This document shows positions 1-9,354 of a stretch of DNA of 64,000 nt, piece by piece. The notes beneath the pieces are model-generated. The model saw only the letters and a program-made list of their open reading frames with translations, had not been told where the DNA came from and searched no databases. This DNA is from Pseudomonadota bacterium (GTDB lineage: Bacteria; Pseudomonadota; Alphaproteobacteria; Rickettsiales; SXRF01), in contig JBBTBX010000009.1 of NCBI GenBank assembly GCA_038043465.1, forward strand, positions 101,383 through 165,382, written 5' to 3'. The position numbers and the translations under genes are program-made. The number at the start of each line of letters is the position of its first letter. Within the stretch, counting starts at the first letter, position 1.

Positions 1-51
1 GAAGGCAGCTAAACTATTTCTTAAGTATTCAAGACTTATAATAACGTCCAT

Positions 52-858
52 ATGCAATATTATTATATAAACAAAAACGATCAGAAAGATGGGCCACACG
101 ATCTGGTAACGATGATGCGACGCATACGTTCTGGAGTAATAGTTCCAGACACTATGATATATCAGGAAGCTGGGATGGAAGCCGTCCCCGCTTTTAGTAT
201 CAGCGAGTTATCGCCGTTTTTTAATAATCCTGTTGAAGATGTCCGCAATGAGCTGGAAGCATCTGCTAATATATCACTTCTCAAAACTTTTAAAAAAGGC
301 TGGCGTTTTACTTTGGAGCATCAGGGAATGTCGGTTTTTGCCGGTGCGATACTGCTTGCATCATGGATGTTCGGCAAGCTGGCAGATGGCATATTGCATA
401 ATACGGCTTCAAGCATTATGGCAAGCTGGATTATGTTCATTTTTTTACAGAGTTGTTTTTTTGCCGTTGCCATCCGCCTTTATCGCGGCCAGAAAACTGA
501 TTTAGGTTTTCTTGAACACACACTTGCGCCGGTGATTGGAAAAATATCTTTTGCCGCTGTTCTCTTTTCCTTCGCAATAATAGGTGCGCTGCCAGTTTTT
601 ATATTTCCCGGTGTTATCGCCATGCTTACCATAGTTTATATTCCGATGTTCATATTGGATTATAACTACAGCGTAAAACATACTATCACTTCCATATATA
701 CTTTACTCGGAAGGATGAAAAAAACATCTTTTATGAATTTATGCCTCATCACTTTATTCTATATGATAGCTATCGCATTTATAATTCCGATACCGATTGC
801 CATGCCAATTATGGCTGGTTGCCTTTGCTCCATCTATGAAGAACTATCAACCGCATAA
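52..858 (+). CDS. Membrane protein with N-terminal GYF_2/DUF4339-like domain
   Basis: N-terminal YYY...QKDGPH pattern typical of GYF_2 domains, followed by several hydrophobic helices. Confidence 0.65.
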   Translation: MQYYYINKNDQKDGPHDLVTMMRRIRSGVIVPDTMIYQEAGMEAVPAFSISELSPFFNNPVEDVRNELEASANISLLKTFKKGWRFTLEHQGMSVFAGAILLASWMFGKLADGILHNTASSIMASWIMFIFLQSCFFAVAIRLYRGQKTDLGFLEHTLAPVIGKISFAAVLFSFAIIGALPVFIFPGVIAMLTIVYIPMFILDYNYSVKHTITSIYTLLGRMKKTSFMNLCLITLFYMIAIAFIIPIPIAMPIMAGCLCSIYEELSTA

Positions 859-1088
859 ATATGCTGCAAAGCAGCACTCACCCTTGATTACAGCGTATAT
901 TTAACTAATTCAAACGCATAAACAGCTTCTTTGCGTATTTTTTGCTAATTTTTATTGTGCATCGCAGCAAAAATATCTTTGAAAAACAATAGATTATCCT
1001 TTTAATCCACAGAGATTTGTGTTAATATAAATTTAGGGTTAGAAGAGATTTTAATCCAGCAACACATGGGAGGAGGTTAAATAAGCAT

Positions 1089-1283
1089 ATGTTCAACAAG
1101 ATCACTTTGTTGCTCGTCATATTCGGTGCCATTAACATTGGGCTGGTGACGGTGCTACATGTTGACCTGATCGGCGTATTGTTTGGCACTTTCAGCCACA
1201 TCATTAGCGTACTGGTCGGCTTATCTGGTCTGTATATGTTACTTACTACATATACGACACTGTTGAAAAAGCCAGTTCACTAA
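1089..1283 (+). CDS. DUF378-like small membrane protein
   Basis: LVIFGAINIGL...DLIGVLFG...LVGLSGLY pattern; GGAGG upstream. Confidence 0.75.
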   Translation: MFNKITLLLVIFGAINIGLVTVLHVDLIGVLFGTFSHIISVLVGLSGLYMLLTTYTTLLKKPVH

Positions 1284-1314
1284 ATTCATAGTGAATTATA
1301 ATTTTTAACTAACT

Positions 1315-1342
1315 CCCCGCTTTGGAAACAAGGCGGGGTTTT
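1315..1342. terminator. Intrinsic terminator hairpin
   Basis: CCCCGC...GCGGGG stem followed by TTTT between convergent ORFs. Confidence 0.65.
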
Positions 1343-1343
1343 G

Positions 1344-1577
1344 TTATGCAAAACAACCTAAACCATATTTTGCTTCAAACTCATCAAAATCCGGAGAGCT
1401 ATTATTTCCTGCAAGATGGCAGGCATCCTCACATTGCTGAGCTATCAAACGATCACGCGCTACGAATTCAACGATGTTTTCAATGCTATCGCTATTTTCG
1501 GCATTTGCAGAAGCTGCAATCACAGGAATATTTACAGCCAGCGGCTGTTCTTGTTTTTTCCGGACAGAATTACGCAT
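1344..1577 (-). CDS. Hypothetical protein
   Basis: 77-aa ORF with AGGAGG upstream, ending at the terminator; no family recognised. Confidence 0.5.
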   Translation of the reverse strand: MRNSVRKKQEQPLAVNIPVIAASANAENSDSIENIVEFVARDRLIAQQCEDACHLAGNNSSPDFDEFEAKYGLGCFA

Positions 1578-1697
1578 AACACCTCCTACATGTCTGGTTG
1601 GTTATTACCGAGCGCAGTATAGCACCAAGATTGTAAAAAATCTATAAAGAATAATGTGCGAATTCGGGAATTATATATTGCAGTGCAATACTATAAC

Positions 1698-1815
1698 TAT
1701 AGTAATTCTAAATAAGAACTGTACAGTTCTTATTTGAAGATACGCTGCCTGCGGCGCGGAAAATCGGACTTTCGGTCTCGATTTTCATAATTATTATGTA
1801 TACATAATAACTATA
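1698..1815 (+). repeat. Composite TA-flanked miniature element, copy 1
   Basis: TATA + perfect 26-nt palindrome (1710-1735) + conserved core TACGC...AAAATCGGACTTTCGGTCTCGATTTT (1741-1785) + perfect 20-nt palindrome (1791-1810) + TATA; core recurs at 21537 and, inverted, at ~23590-23634. Confidence 0.85.
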
Positions 1816-1917
1816 CTCAAAGCAGTTCAAGAATTGGCTAGACAACCGAGACGAAGTGTAGAAAAACTACACGAGTCGAAGGTTAACAACGCCAATTCTT
1901 GAAATGAGAAGAGTATA
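1812..1917. repeat. Palindromic MITE-like element resembling Rickettsia RPE-2-type repeats
   Basis: Terminal inverted repeats TATACTC...TTCAAGAATTGGC / GCCAATTCTTGAA...GAGTATA with internal hairpin GTGTAG-AAAAA-CTACAC; RPE family name is from recall. Confidence 0.7.
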
Positions 1918-2241
1918 TTACAATCCAAGCTGTATATTTATAGCAAGCTCTACTGCTTCCATATCCGATTCATTCAACTGACCAATTTTTTCTTTAAGAC
2001 GCTGCTTGCTTACTGTCGCAATCTGGTCAGCACAAGCTTTGCTGGATTTACCTTTTACAGTAACTAATGCCTCACATGGATAAATTTTGCTGATATTACT
2101 GGTAAATGGGATAACCTGAATTCGGTTGAGAGCATTATTGGAAGCATTATTACTTACTATAACTGCGGGACGGGTTTTACCTATTTCTCCGCCGAGTGAT
2201 GGATCAAACGAAACCCACCAGACTTCACCGCGTTTCATCAA
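1918..2241 (-). CDS. MazF/PemK family toxin
   Basis: KRGEVWWV.FDP..G.EIGKTRPAVIVS motif; ADQIATVSKQRL. Confidence 0.92.
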   Translation of the reverse strand: MMKRGEVWWVSFDPSLGGEIGKTRPAVIVSNNASNNALNRIQVIPFTSNISKIYPCEALVTVKGKSSKACADQIATVSKQRLKEKIGQLNESDMEAVELAINIQLGL

Positions 2242-2452
2242 TATCCTGCGTCAGGTTTTCCACCCACTCGCTAGCTTCAGCTTCGCGCGCTGAATCATTC
2301 GCCATATCACGATAGCTGGCAGCAAGTTCTTTGTTCAGTACATAAGGACGCGCTAAACGCTCCAGGAACTGGCTTATATTCCCCCGCCCTATGACAGCAT
2401 GTAAGCCCTCATAAACTTTAGAATCCACGGTTATTGTTAGTTTTTTCTGCAT
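2225..2452 (-). CDS. Antitoxin of the adjacent MazF/PemK toxin (RHH-like)
   Basis: MQKKLTITVD N-terminal strand, acidic C-terminus, overlaps the toxin start. Confidence 0.8.
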   Translation of the reverse strand: MQKKLTITVDSKVYEGLHAVIGRGNISQFLERLARPYVLNKELAASYRDMANDSAREAEASEWVENLTQDIDETR

Positions 2453-2524
2453 ATACGTATATTATACGTATTAAATACGTATGTCAAGCATAAGGTTGCA
2501 TTTCCGTATTAATTGTATTACAAT
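2453..2524. promoter_or_regulatory. Divergent sigma70 promoters and operators of two TA operons
   Basis: Minus strand TTGACA(2487-2482)-17-TAATAT with three ATACGTAT palindromes at an 11-bp period; plus strand TTGCAT(2496)-17-TACAAT(2519) overlapping ATTGTATTACAAT. Confidence 0.7.
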
Positions 2525-2555
2525 GTACTAAATGTAACACATAAGGAATTTATAT

Positions 2556-2771
2556 ATGACATCGGTGCGCCTGCCGGAAAATATTGATATACAGCTCGAA
2601 CATCTTTGCGCGCTTACCAAGCGCAGCAAAAGTTTTTATATTAAGGAAGCTCTCACCAACTATCTGGAAGATATTGCTGACCAGTATATTGCTATTGACC
2701 GCATCTCACGCCCTAAACGCAAATTGCTCACCACAAAAGAAGTGCTCAAAGAGCTTGAAAAGCGGAAATGA
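2556..2771 (+). CDS. RelB-like RHH antitoxin
   Basis: MTSVRLP...RSKSFYIKEAL...YLEDIAD; ATGA overlap with the RelE toxin. Confidence 0.85.
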   Translation: MTSVRLPENIDIQLEHLCALTKRSKSFYIKEALTNYLEDIADQYIAIDRISRPKRKLLTTKEVLKELEKRK

Positions 2772-3028
2772 TATACACGGTAAAATGGGATGAGGACGCA
2801 CTTGAAGATTTATCTTCACTAGGAAAAACCGAAGCAATACGCATCGTTAAAAAAATTGAATCGCACCTAGTTAAAGATCCGCTAAATCTTGGCAAGCCGC
2901 TTACTGGCAACCTCTCTGGCTTATATCGCTACCGAATTGGTGATTACCGTATAATCTATCAAATTTTTAAAAATGAACTCATTGTTGTGGTGGTACGAGT
3001 TGGACATCGGAGGGATGTTTATGGTTGA
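2768..3028 (+). CDS. RelE/ParE family toxin
   Basis: GKPLTGNLSGLYRYRIGDYRIIY...VGHRRDVY. Confidence 0.92.
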   Translation: MIYTVKWDEDALEDLSSLGKTEAIRIVKKIESHLVKDPLNLGKPLTGNLSGLYRYRIGDYRIIYQIFKNELIVVVVRVGHRRDVYG

Positions 3029-3240
3029 ATAAATAATCTTACTTGCCACTAATTCAAAAATATGCTACTAATAGTACTAGACTATACAGAAAGCCAATAC
3101 TAATGGTGTTTTGGTTTTATAGACCGCGAATTTGTTGAGAGTAGCCTACGGTTTGAACGATACAGGGTAAGTAACCTAGTAATAGTATAATTTTTTGTCA
3201 GGGCATATCTCTATTAATTTTTTTATTATGGAGTATAACT

Positions 3241-3573
3241 ATGTCTACGCTGACAGAAACTAAAACTATTATATGGACTGGTCAATCTGGTAAAGAATAT
3301 CAATATTGGATTTACCCTATTAATACTTCTTTTAACGCAAAATCTGGTAATTACTGTTTTTCTAAAGAGACATCTTCTGGCTATTGGACTCCACTCTATT
3401 TTGGTGAGTCAGAAGATTTAAGCGGTCGCTTTGACAATCATCACAAGATAGATATGGCTATACGTCGGGGAGCTACACATATACATGCTCATGTTAATAA
3501 TGGCAGTAAAATAGCTAGAATAAATGAAGAAACAGACCTGATAAGGAAATGGAATCCTCCATGTAATGGATAA
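3241..3573 (+). CDS. Small GIY-YIG-fold putative nuclease
   Basis: GNY...LYFGES.DL..RF..H...EE.DLI....PPCN has the spacing of GIY-YIG motifs; GGAG RBS. Confidence 0.6.
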   Translation: MSTLTETKTIIWTGQSGKEYQYWIYPINTSFNAKSGNYCFSKETSSGYWTPLYFGESEDLSGRFDNHHKIDMAIRRGATHIHAHVNNGSKIARINEETDLIRKWNPPCNG

Positions 3574-3576
3574 GAT

Positions 3577-3613
3577 AAAAAAAAGCCCCAGTATTTCTAC
3601 TGGGGCTTTTTTT
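3577..3613. terminator. Bidirectional intrinsic terminator
   Basis: A-run GCCCCAGTA...TACTGGGGC T-run between convergent genes. Confidence 0.85.
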
Positions 3614-3638
3614 AGTAATGTGTGCAAATATTTTGCTA

Positions 3639-3860
3639 TTATGTCGCTGCACGCAGTATAGGGTTTAACCCATCAACTATAAAATTGCTAAGATCGGATT
3701 GTTTGCTGGCATGCTGGATGTCAAGACCGACTAGCCTACCCTGTGAGTCAATATCGGCTACTATGTCATCGGTAACAATTACAGTATCCGAGCCAGGACC
3801 ATCTATAAAGTCTATGTATAAAGAATCGGTTTCTTTATCGTAATTAAATTTCATTTTCAA
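3639..3860 (-). CDS. DUF2283 family putative antitoxin
   Basis: YDKETDSLYI...DIDSQGRLVGLDIQHAS pattern. Confidence 0.85.
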   Translation of the reverse strand: MKMKFNYDKETDSLYIDFIDGPGSDTVIVTDDIVADIDSQGRLVGLDIQHASKQSDLSNFIVDGLNPILRAAT

Positions 3861-4099
3861 TGTTCCTTTGGCTTAAATCCACGATCAAAAAATATGTTAT
3901 GCACAGTCTCGCCGTCCTCCAAAGTAATTACGCGAACGAACTTCCGTACTTCAGTTATGTATTTATAATAACGTATTCTGCCATCAGATTGAAGCATTTT
4001 ATAATCTGGTGACAAAATAGCCTCTAAGCACCACTCACGCTTCATGTAAGGTCTTTTCTTAGCCATTACATCTTCTTCAAAATAACGAGTGGTTTTCAT
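3857..4099 (-). CDS. Putative toxin (DUF4258/RelE-like) paired with DUF2283
   Basis: KTTRYF...QSDGRIRY...VRVITLEDGETVHNIFFDR; coupled to the DUF2283 gene. Confidence 0.7.
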   Translation of the reverse strand: MKTTRYFEEDVMAKKRPYMKREWCLEAILSPDYKMLQSDGRIRYYKYITEVRKFVRVITLEDGETVHNIFFDRGFKPKEH

Positions 4100-4138
4100 A
4101 AAAATCAAAATAACACAATATCTTGCCCTATCAATAAC

Positions 4139-4173
4139 AAAAAAGGCTCTGGAAATAATCCAGAGCCTTTTTT
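4139..4173 (-). terminator. Terminator of the 16S rRNA transcript
   Basis: A-run GGCTCTGGA...TCCAGAGCC T-run about 150 nt downstream of the 16S 3' end. Confidence 0.8.
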
Positions 4174-4322
4174 CATAATTTGTGTGTTCCGCCTTCGTCC
4201 AGAGGACTACGGCGTGATTCGAGCATTTAGGCGCAGATGGCGAGGCATCATGTATAATGATTCGTTTAATCAGTCAGTCACCTGAATAATTCAGGGAAAG
4301 CCGAAATAAACAAAATCCTTAG

Positions 4323-5808
<1,486 letters not shown>

Positions 5809-6190
5809 TTGATTTCTGGCAATCGTTCACATGAATTTTATGAACGCTTGCGCAATTTGCCTATATTTCTATAGGACTTTATTTTCGGAAACACGCACAA
5901 TATCATCTAATTTGCTACGCCTTGGATTTACGCAAACTAGTTTATTGTGCCCACTAACCACCGAAGTGATTAGTGATAGTACGCATATGACATTGTGCTG
6001 TTAATTTCAACAACAAACATTCAATAAAGAAGCCGACCTATGGTCGGACACCTCCGAAAAGATGCTTTGCTGTGACACAACGCCACCTGCGCTTAAATGC
6101 TCTTCACACTATCAAACTACAGATTAGAAGCCTTGTTTGAGGCACTAATCAAGCAACCTCCGAATCGAAGCCACTCAAGAAAGGATGGTC

Positions 6191-6219
6191 TTTATGACGA
6201 ATCATAATGGAAGAGTCAA
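6191..6219 (-). promoter_or_regulatory. Probable rrs promoter
   Basis: TTGACT-17 nt-CATAAA on the minus strand with an AT-rich UP-like region upstream. Confidence 0.6.
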
Positions 6220-6419
6220 GCATGAAAATCATTTTTTTTGCAATTTTTTTATATTAGTTGTTTTTTCTAGGATTTACGCCTATCTTGAGAGGTAGGATCT
6301 AGGGAGTTGGGACTAGATTTAAGAGTAAGAGCATAGAAAGTTTTTGACATGCTTCCCATATTTTTATACTAGCCCCTATAGCCTAGCATCAAGAACCCGA
6401 TATAATTGAAAATGCACAA

Positions 6420-7244
6420 ATGAAACTAGATTTTATAAAAATGAACGGTTCTGGCAACGATTTTATCATTTTTGATGCCAGAAAACAGGATATAAGCCTG
6501 TCTGGAGAGCAAATCCGGCAGATCTCAGCGCGTAACAACTCAGCAACCAAAGGCTGCGACCAGCTCCTTATATTGCGCAAGTCTGATATAGCTAATGTTT
6601 TTATGCAGATTTACAACGCCGATGGCAGCGAGGTTGATGCCTGTGGCAATGCCACGCGCTGTGTCGTGGATATTCTGTATAAAGAATCGGGAAAGCTGCC
6701 CGTAGTTATTAAGACCAATACGGCGATTTTGCTGGGGGTAAAACAGCAGGATGATTATATTCTGGTGGATATGGGTGTACCAAAATTCCGCTGGGGGGAT
6801 ATACCACTTGCAATGCCGATAAGGGAAGCAATACCTAAAATTGAAGAATTAAGCGGTTTAAAAAACCCAACCTTTGTGAGCATGGGCAATCCACATATTG
6901 TGTATTTTACAGATGAGATACCAAGTGATGCCATAGTCACGGAAATTGGTTCGCGCATTGAAAATTTTGCAGAAGTCTTTCCAAAGAGGATAAATGTCAG
7001 CTTTGCAAAAAACACTCCGGAGATTATAGAAGCAAAAATCTGGGAGCGCGGAGCAGGACTCACCAAAGCCTGTGGCACGGGAGCATGCGCTATTTTAGCA
7101 GCAGCATATAAGCAATTTGAAAGAACTGAAGCTCAGGTGAAATTCATGAATTCAGGTGAGGCTGTTCATGTAAAACTGGAAAACAAACATATATTTCTGG
7201 GCGGTCGCATAGAAACAGAGCTTACTGGTATAGTGGAGATATGA
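6420..7244 (+). CDS. dapF: Diaminopimelate epimerase
   Basis: KMNGSGNDF, NADGSEVDACGNATRC, SMGNPH, ERGAGLTKACGTGAC. Confidence 0.96.
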   Translation: MKLDFIKMNGSGNDFIIFDARKQDISLSGEQIRQISARNNSATKGCDQLLILRKSDIANVFMQIYNADGSEVDACGNATRCVVDILYKESGKLPVVIKTNTAILLGVKQQDDYILVDMGVPKFRWGDIPLAMPIREAIPKIEELSGLKNPTFVSMGNPHIVYFTDEIPSDAIVTEIGSRIENFAEVFPKRINVSFAKNTPEIIEAKIWERGAGLTKACGTGACAILAAAYKQFERTEAQVKFMNSGEAVHVKLENKHIFLGGRIETELTGIVEI

Positions 7245-8608
7245 GTAATCTAGCGTCCGTCATCCCCGTCTTGCGCGGGGATCTAGAGCAACAAACTCAA
7301 GTATCGGAACTTGGCACTAGCCCCCCGCATGAAGCGGGGGTGGCAGAAGCTATAAAAATTATCAATTTCGGTTGCCGACTGAATATTTATGAGGGTGAGA
7401 TAATCAAACAGAATGCCGCCGAAGCTGGGCTGGAAAATGCCATTATATTTAACAGTTGCGCGGTGACGGCGGAAGCTGAACGACAGGTTCGCCAATCTAT
7501 CCGCAAGGCACGCAAGGAAAATCCTGAAGCAAAAATAATCGTGACTGGTTGTGGCGCGCAGATAAACCCGAAAGCATATGCCGACATGCCAGAAGTGGAC
7601 AAAGTGATTGGCAATGAGGAGAAGCTGAAAAGCCAATCATATTCATTACTGACAACCGACAACTGGCAACTGACTACTGAAAAAATCCTCGTCAATGACA
7701 TCATGTCGGTGAAGGAAACAGCGTCACATCTGGTGGCTTCATTCGATGGGAAAGCGCGGGCATTTGTGCAGGTGCAAAATGGTTGCGACCATCGCTGCAC
7801 TTTCTGCATCATACCATTCGGGCGAGGCAATAGTCGCAGCGTGCCGATGGGCGAAATCGTAACGCAGGTGCAAGGTCTTGTGGAGACTGGTTATAATGAA
7901 GTGGTGCTGACTGGCGTTGACATAAGCGATTACGGCAAAGATTTGCCTAGTGCGCCAACGCTTGGCAATATGTGTCGCCGTTTGCTTAATCTTGTGCCGG
8001 ACTTAAAACGTCTGCGTATTTCTTCAATTGATGCGGTGGAGGTGGATGATGATCTGCTGGATTTATTTGCGAATGAACCACGCCTGATGCCACATATCCA
8101 TATCAGCTTGCAGGCGGGTGACGATATGGTTTTAAAACGCATGAAACGCAGGCATAACCGACAGGATATAGTTGATTTCTGTGCGAAGCTGCGCGAGCTT
8201 CGCCCCGATGTTGTTTTTGGTGCGGATATTATCGCAGGATTTCCCACTGAAACTGATGAAATGTTTGAAAACACCCTGAATCTGGTAAAAGAAACTGGGC
8301 TTATATATCTGCATGTCTTCCCCTACTCTGCCCGTGCTGGCACGCCCGCTGCCAAGATGCCGCAAGTAGTAAAAGCCATCCGCAAGGAACGGGCTGCAAG
8401 GCTGCGCGAAGCCGGAGAAGTAAACTTACAAAAATATCTTGAGTCGCAAATTGGCGTTACCACTGAAATTCTGGTAGAAAAAGGTAAAATAGGCAAAACT
8501 CCACACTTCGCACCGGTGGAATTGGATAGGGAATGTGAAGCGGGTAGTGTAATAAATTGTGTTATAACAGGAAGTTATACTTGTAAATTACATGCTAAAA
8601 TTTTATAA
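7241..8608 (+). CDS. mtaB: tRNA methylthiotransferase MtaB (radical SAM)
   Basis: FGCRLN, NSCAVT, CDHRCTFC; dapF-mtaB-ftsY synteny. Confidence 0.93.
   Translation: MSNLASVIPVLRGDLEQQTQVSELGTSPPHEAGVAEAIKIINFGCRLNIYEGEIIKQNAAEAGLENAIIFNSCAVTAEAERQVRQSIRKARKENPEAKIIVTGCGAQINPKAYADMPEVDKVIGNEEKLKSQSYSLLTTDNWQLTTEKILVNDIMSVKETASHLVASFDGKARAFVQVQNGCDHRCTFCIIPFGRGNSRSVPMGEIVTQVQGLVETGYNEVVLTGVDISDYGKDLPSAPTLGNMCRRLLNLVPDLKRLRISSIDAVEVDDDLLDLFANEPRLMPHIHISLQAGDDMVLKRMKRRHNRQDIVDFCAKLRELRPDVVFGADIIAGFPTETDEMFENTLNLVKETGLIYLHVFPYSARAGTPAAKMPQVVKAIRKERAARLREAGEVNLQKYLESQIGVTTEILVEKGKIGKTPHFAPVELDRECEAGSVINCVITGSYTCKLHAKIL
7258..7345. repeat. CGTC-tagged REP doublet in frame in the mtaB N-terminus
   Basis: CGTCATCCCCG..CGGGGATCTAG ... 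CTAGCCCCCCGC..GCGGGGGTGGCA; same design as the intergenic element at 10265-10350. Confidence 0.8.
7649..7680 (+). repeat. Heptamer tandem repeat inside mtaB
   Basis: CTGACAA CCGACAA CTGGCAA CTGACTA CTGA, encoding LTTDNWQLTTE. Confidence 0.75.
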
Positions 8609-8617
8609 AACTGCCTA

Positions 8618-8646
8618 TTGCTCTGTAATGCCTAGTGTTATATAAT
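8618..8646 (+). promoter_or_regulatory. sigma70 promoter of the TA module
   Basis: TTGCTC-17 nt-TATAAT. Confidence 0.65.
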
Positions 8647-8666
8647 GTCAATGAGAGGAATGAATT

Positions 8667-9056
8667 TTGAGGGTTTTTCAAACAAAATCGTTTGCTCGCT
8701 TTGCTATAAAATCAGGAATTGACGACCACGCTTTGTGCAAAGCAGTAATGAATGCAGAAAACGGCTTGATTGATGCGGATTTAGGCGGAGGAGTAATAAA
8801 GCAACGTGTTGCAAGAAAAGGTGAAGGGAAATCCGGTGGTTTTCGTACCATCATTTTATTCAAAATAAAAGACAAGGCGTTCTTCGTTTATGGTTTTGCT
8901 AAAAATGAGAAATCCAATATAGAAAATAATGACCTGTTAGATTTCAGAAGGCTCGCAGCAGATATGCTAGGTTATGCTGAATTAGAGATAGCCAAAGCTG
9001 TAAAAAACAAGTTACTAATTGAGGTAGAATATGAAAACAAAACAATATCGCAATAA
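8667..9056 (+). CDS. RelE/ParE superfamily toxin (HigB-like, toxin-first)
   Basis: DADLGGGVIKQRVARKGEGKSGGFRTI...FVYGFAKNEKSNI. Confidence 0.9.
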   Translation: MRVFQTKSFARFAIKSGIDDHALCKAVMNAENGLIDADLGGGVIKQRVARKGEGKSGGFRTIILFKIKDKAFFVYGFAKNEKSNIENNDLLDFRRLAADMLGYAELEIAKAVKNKLLIEVEYENKTISQ

Positions 9057-9351
9057 AATCGCAGCCACTATCCATGAAACGGCAGAAGGGCTATATGCGT
9101 CTGGTTTGATGGACAAAAAAACAATGCAAGAATTTGATGGAAGCTGCCTAACACCAACTAAAAATCTTACCGCAGAAGAAATACGCAACATAAGGGAAAA
9201 AGAAAATGTCAGCCAGAGCGTGTTTGCCAACTATCTGAATGTTACAAAGGGACTTGTTAGCCAATGGGAACGAGGAGAAAAACATCCCTCTGGAACTTCT
9301 CTAAAACTGTTGTCTTTGGTTGCAAAAAAAGGGCTTGATGCTATTGCATAA
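9031..9351 (+). CDS. XRE-family HTH antitoxin (HigA-like)
   Basis: IRNIREKENVSQSVFANYLNVTKGLVSQWERGEKHPSG. Confidence 0.9.
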   Translation: MKTKQYRNKIAATIHETAEGLYASGLMDKKTMQEFDGSCLTPTKNLTAEEIRNIREKENVSQSVFANYLNVTKGLVSQWERGEKHPSGTSLKLLSLVAKKGLDAIA

Positions 9352-9354
9352 AAT

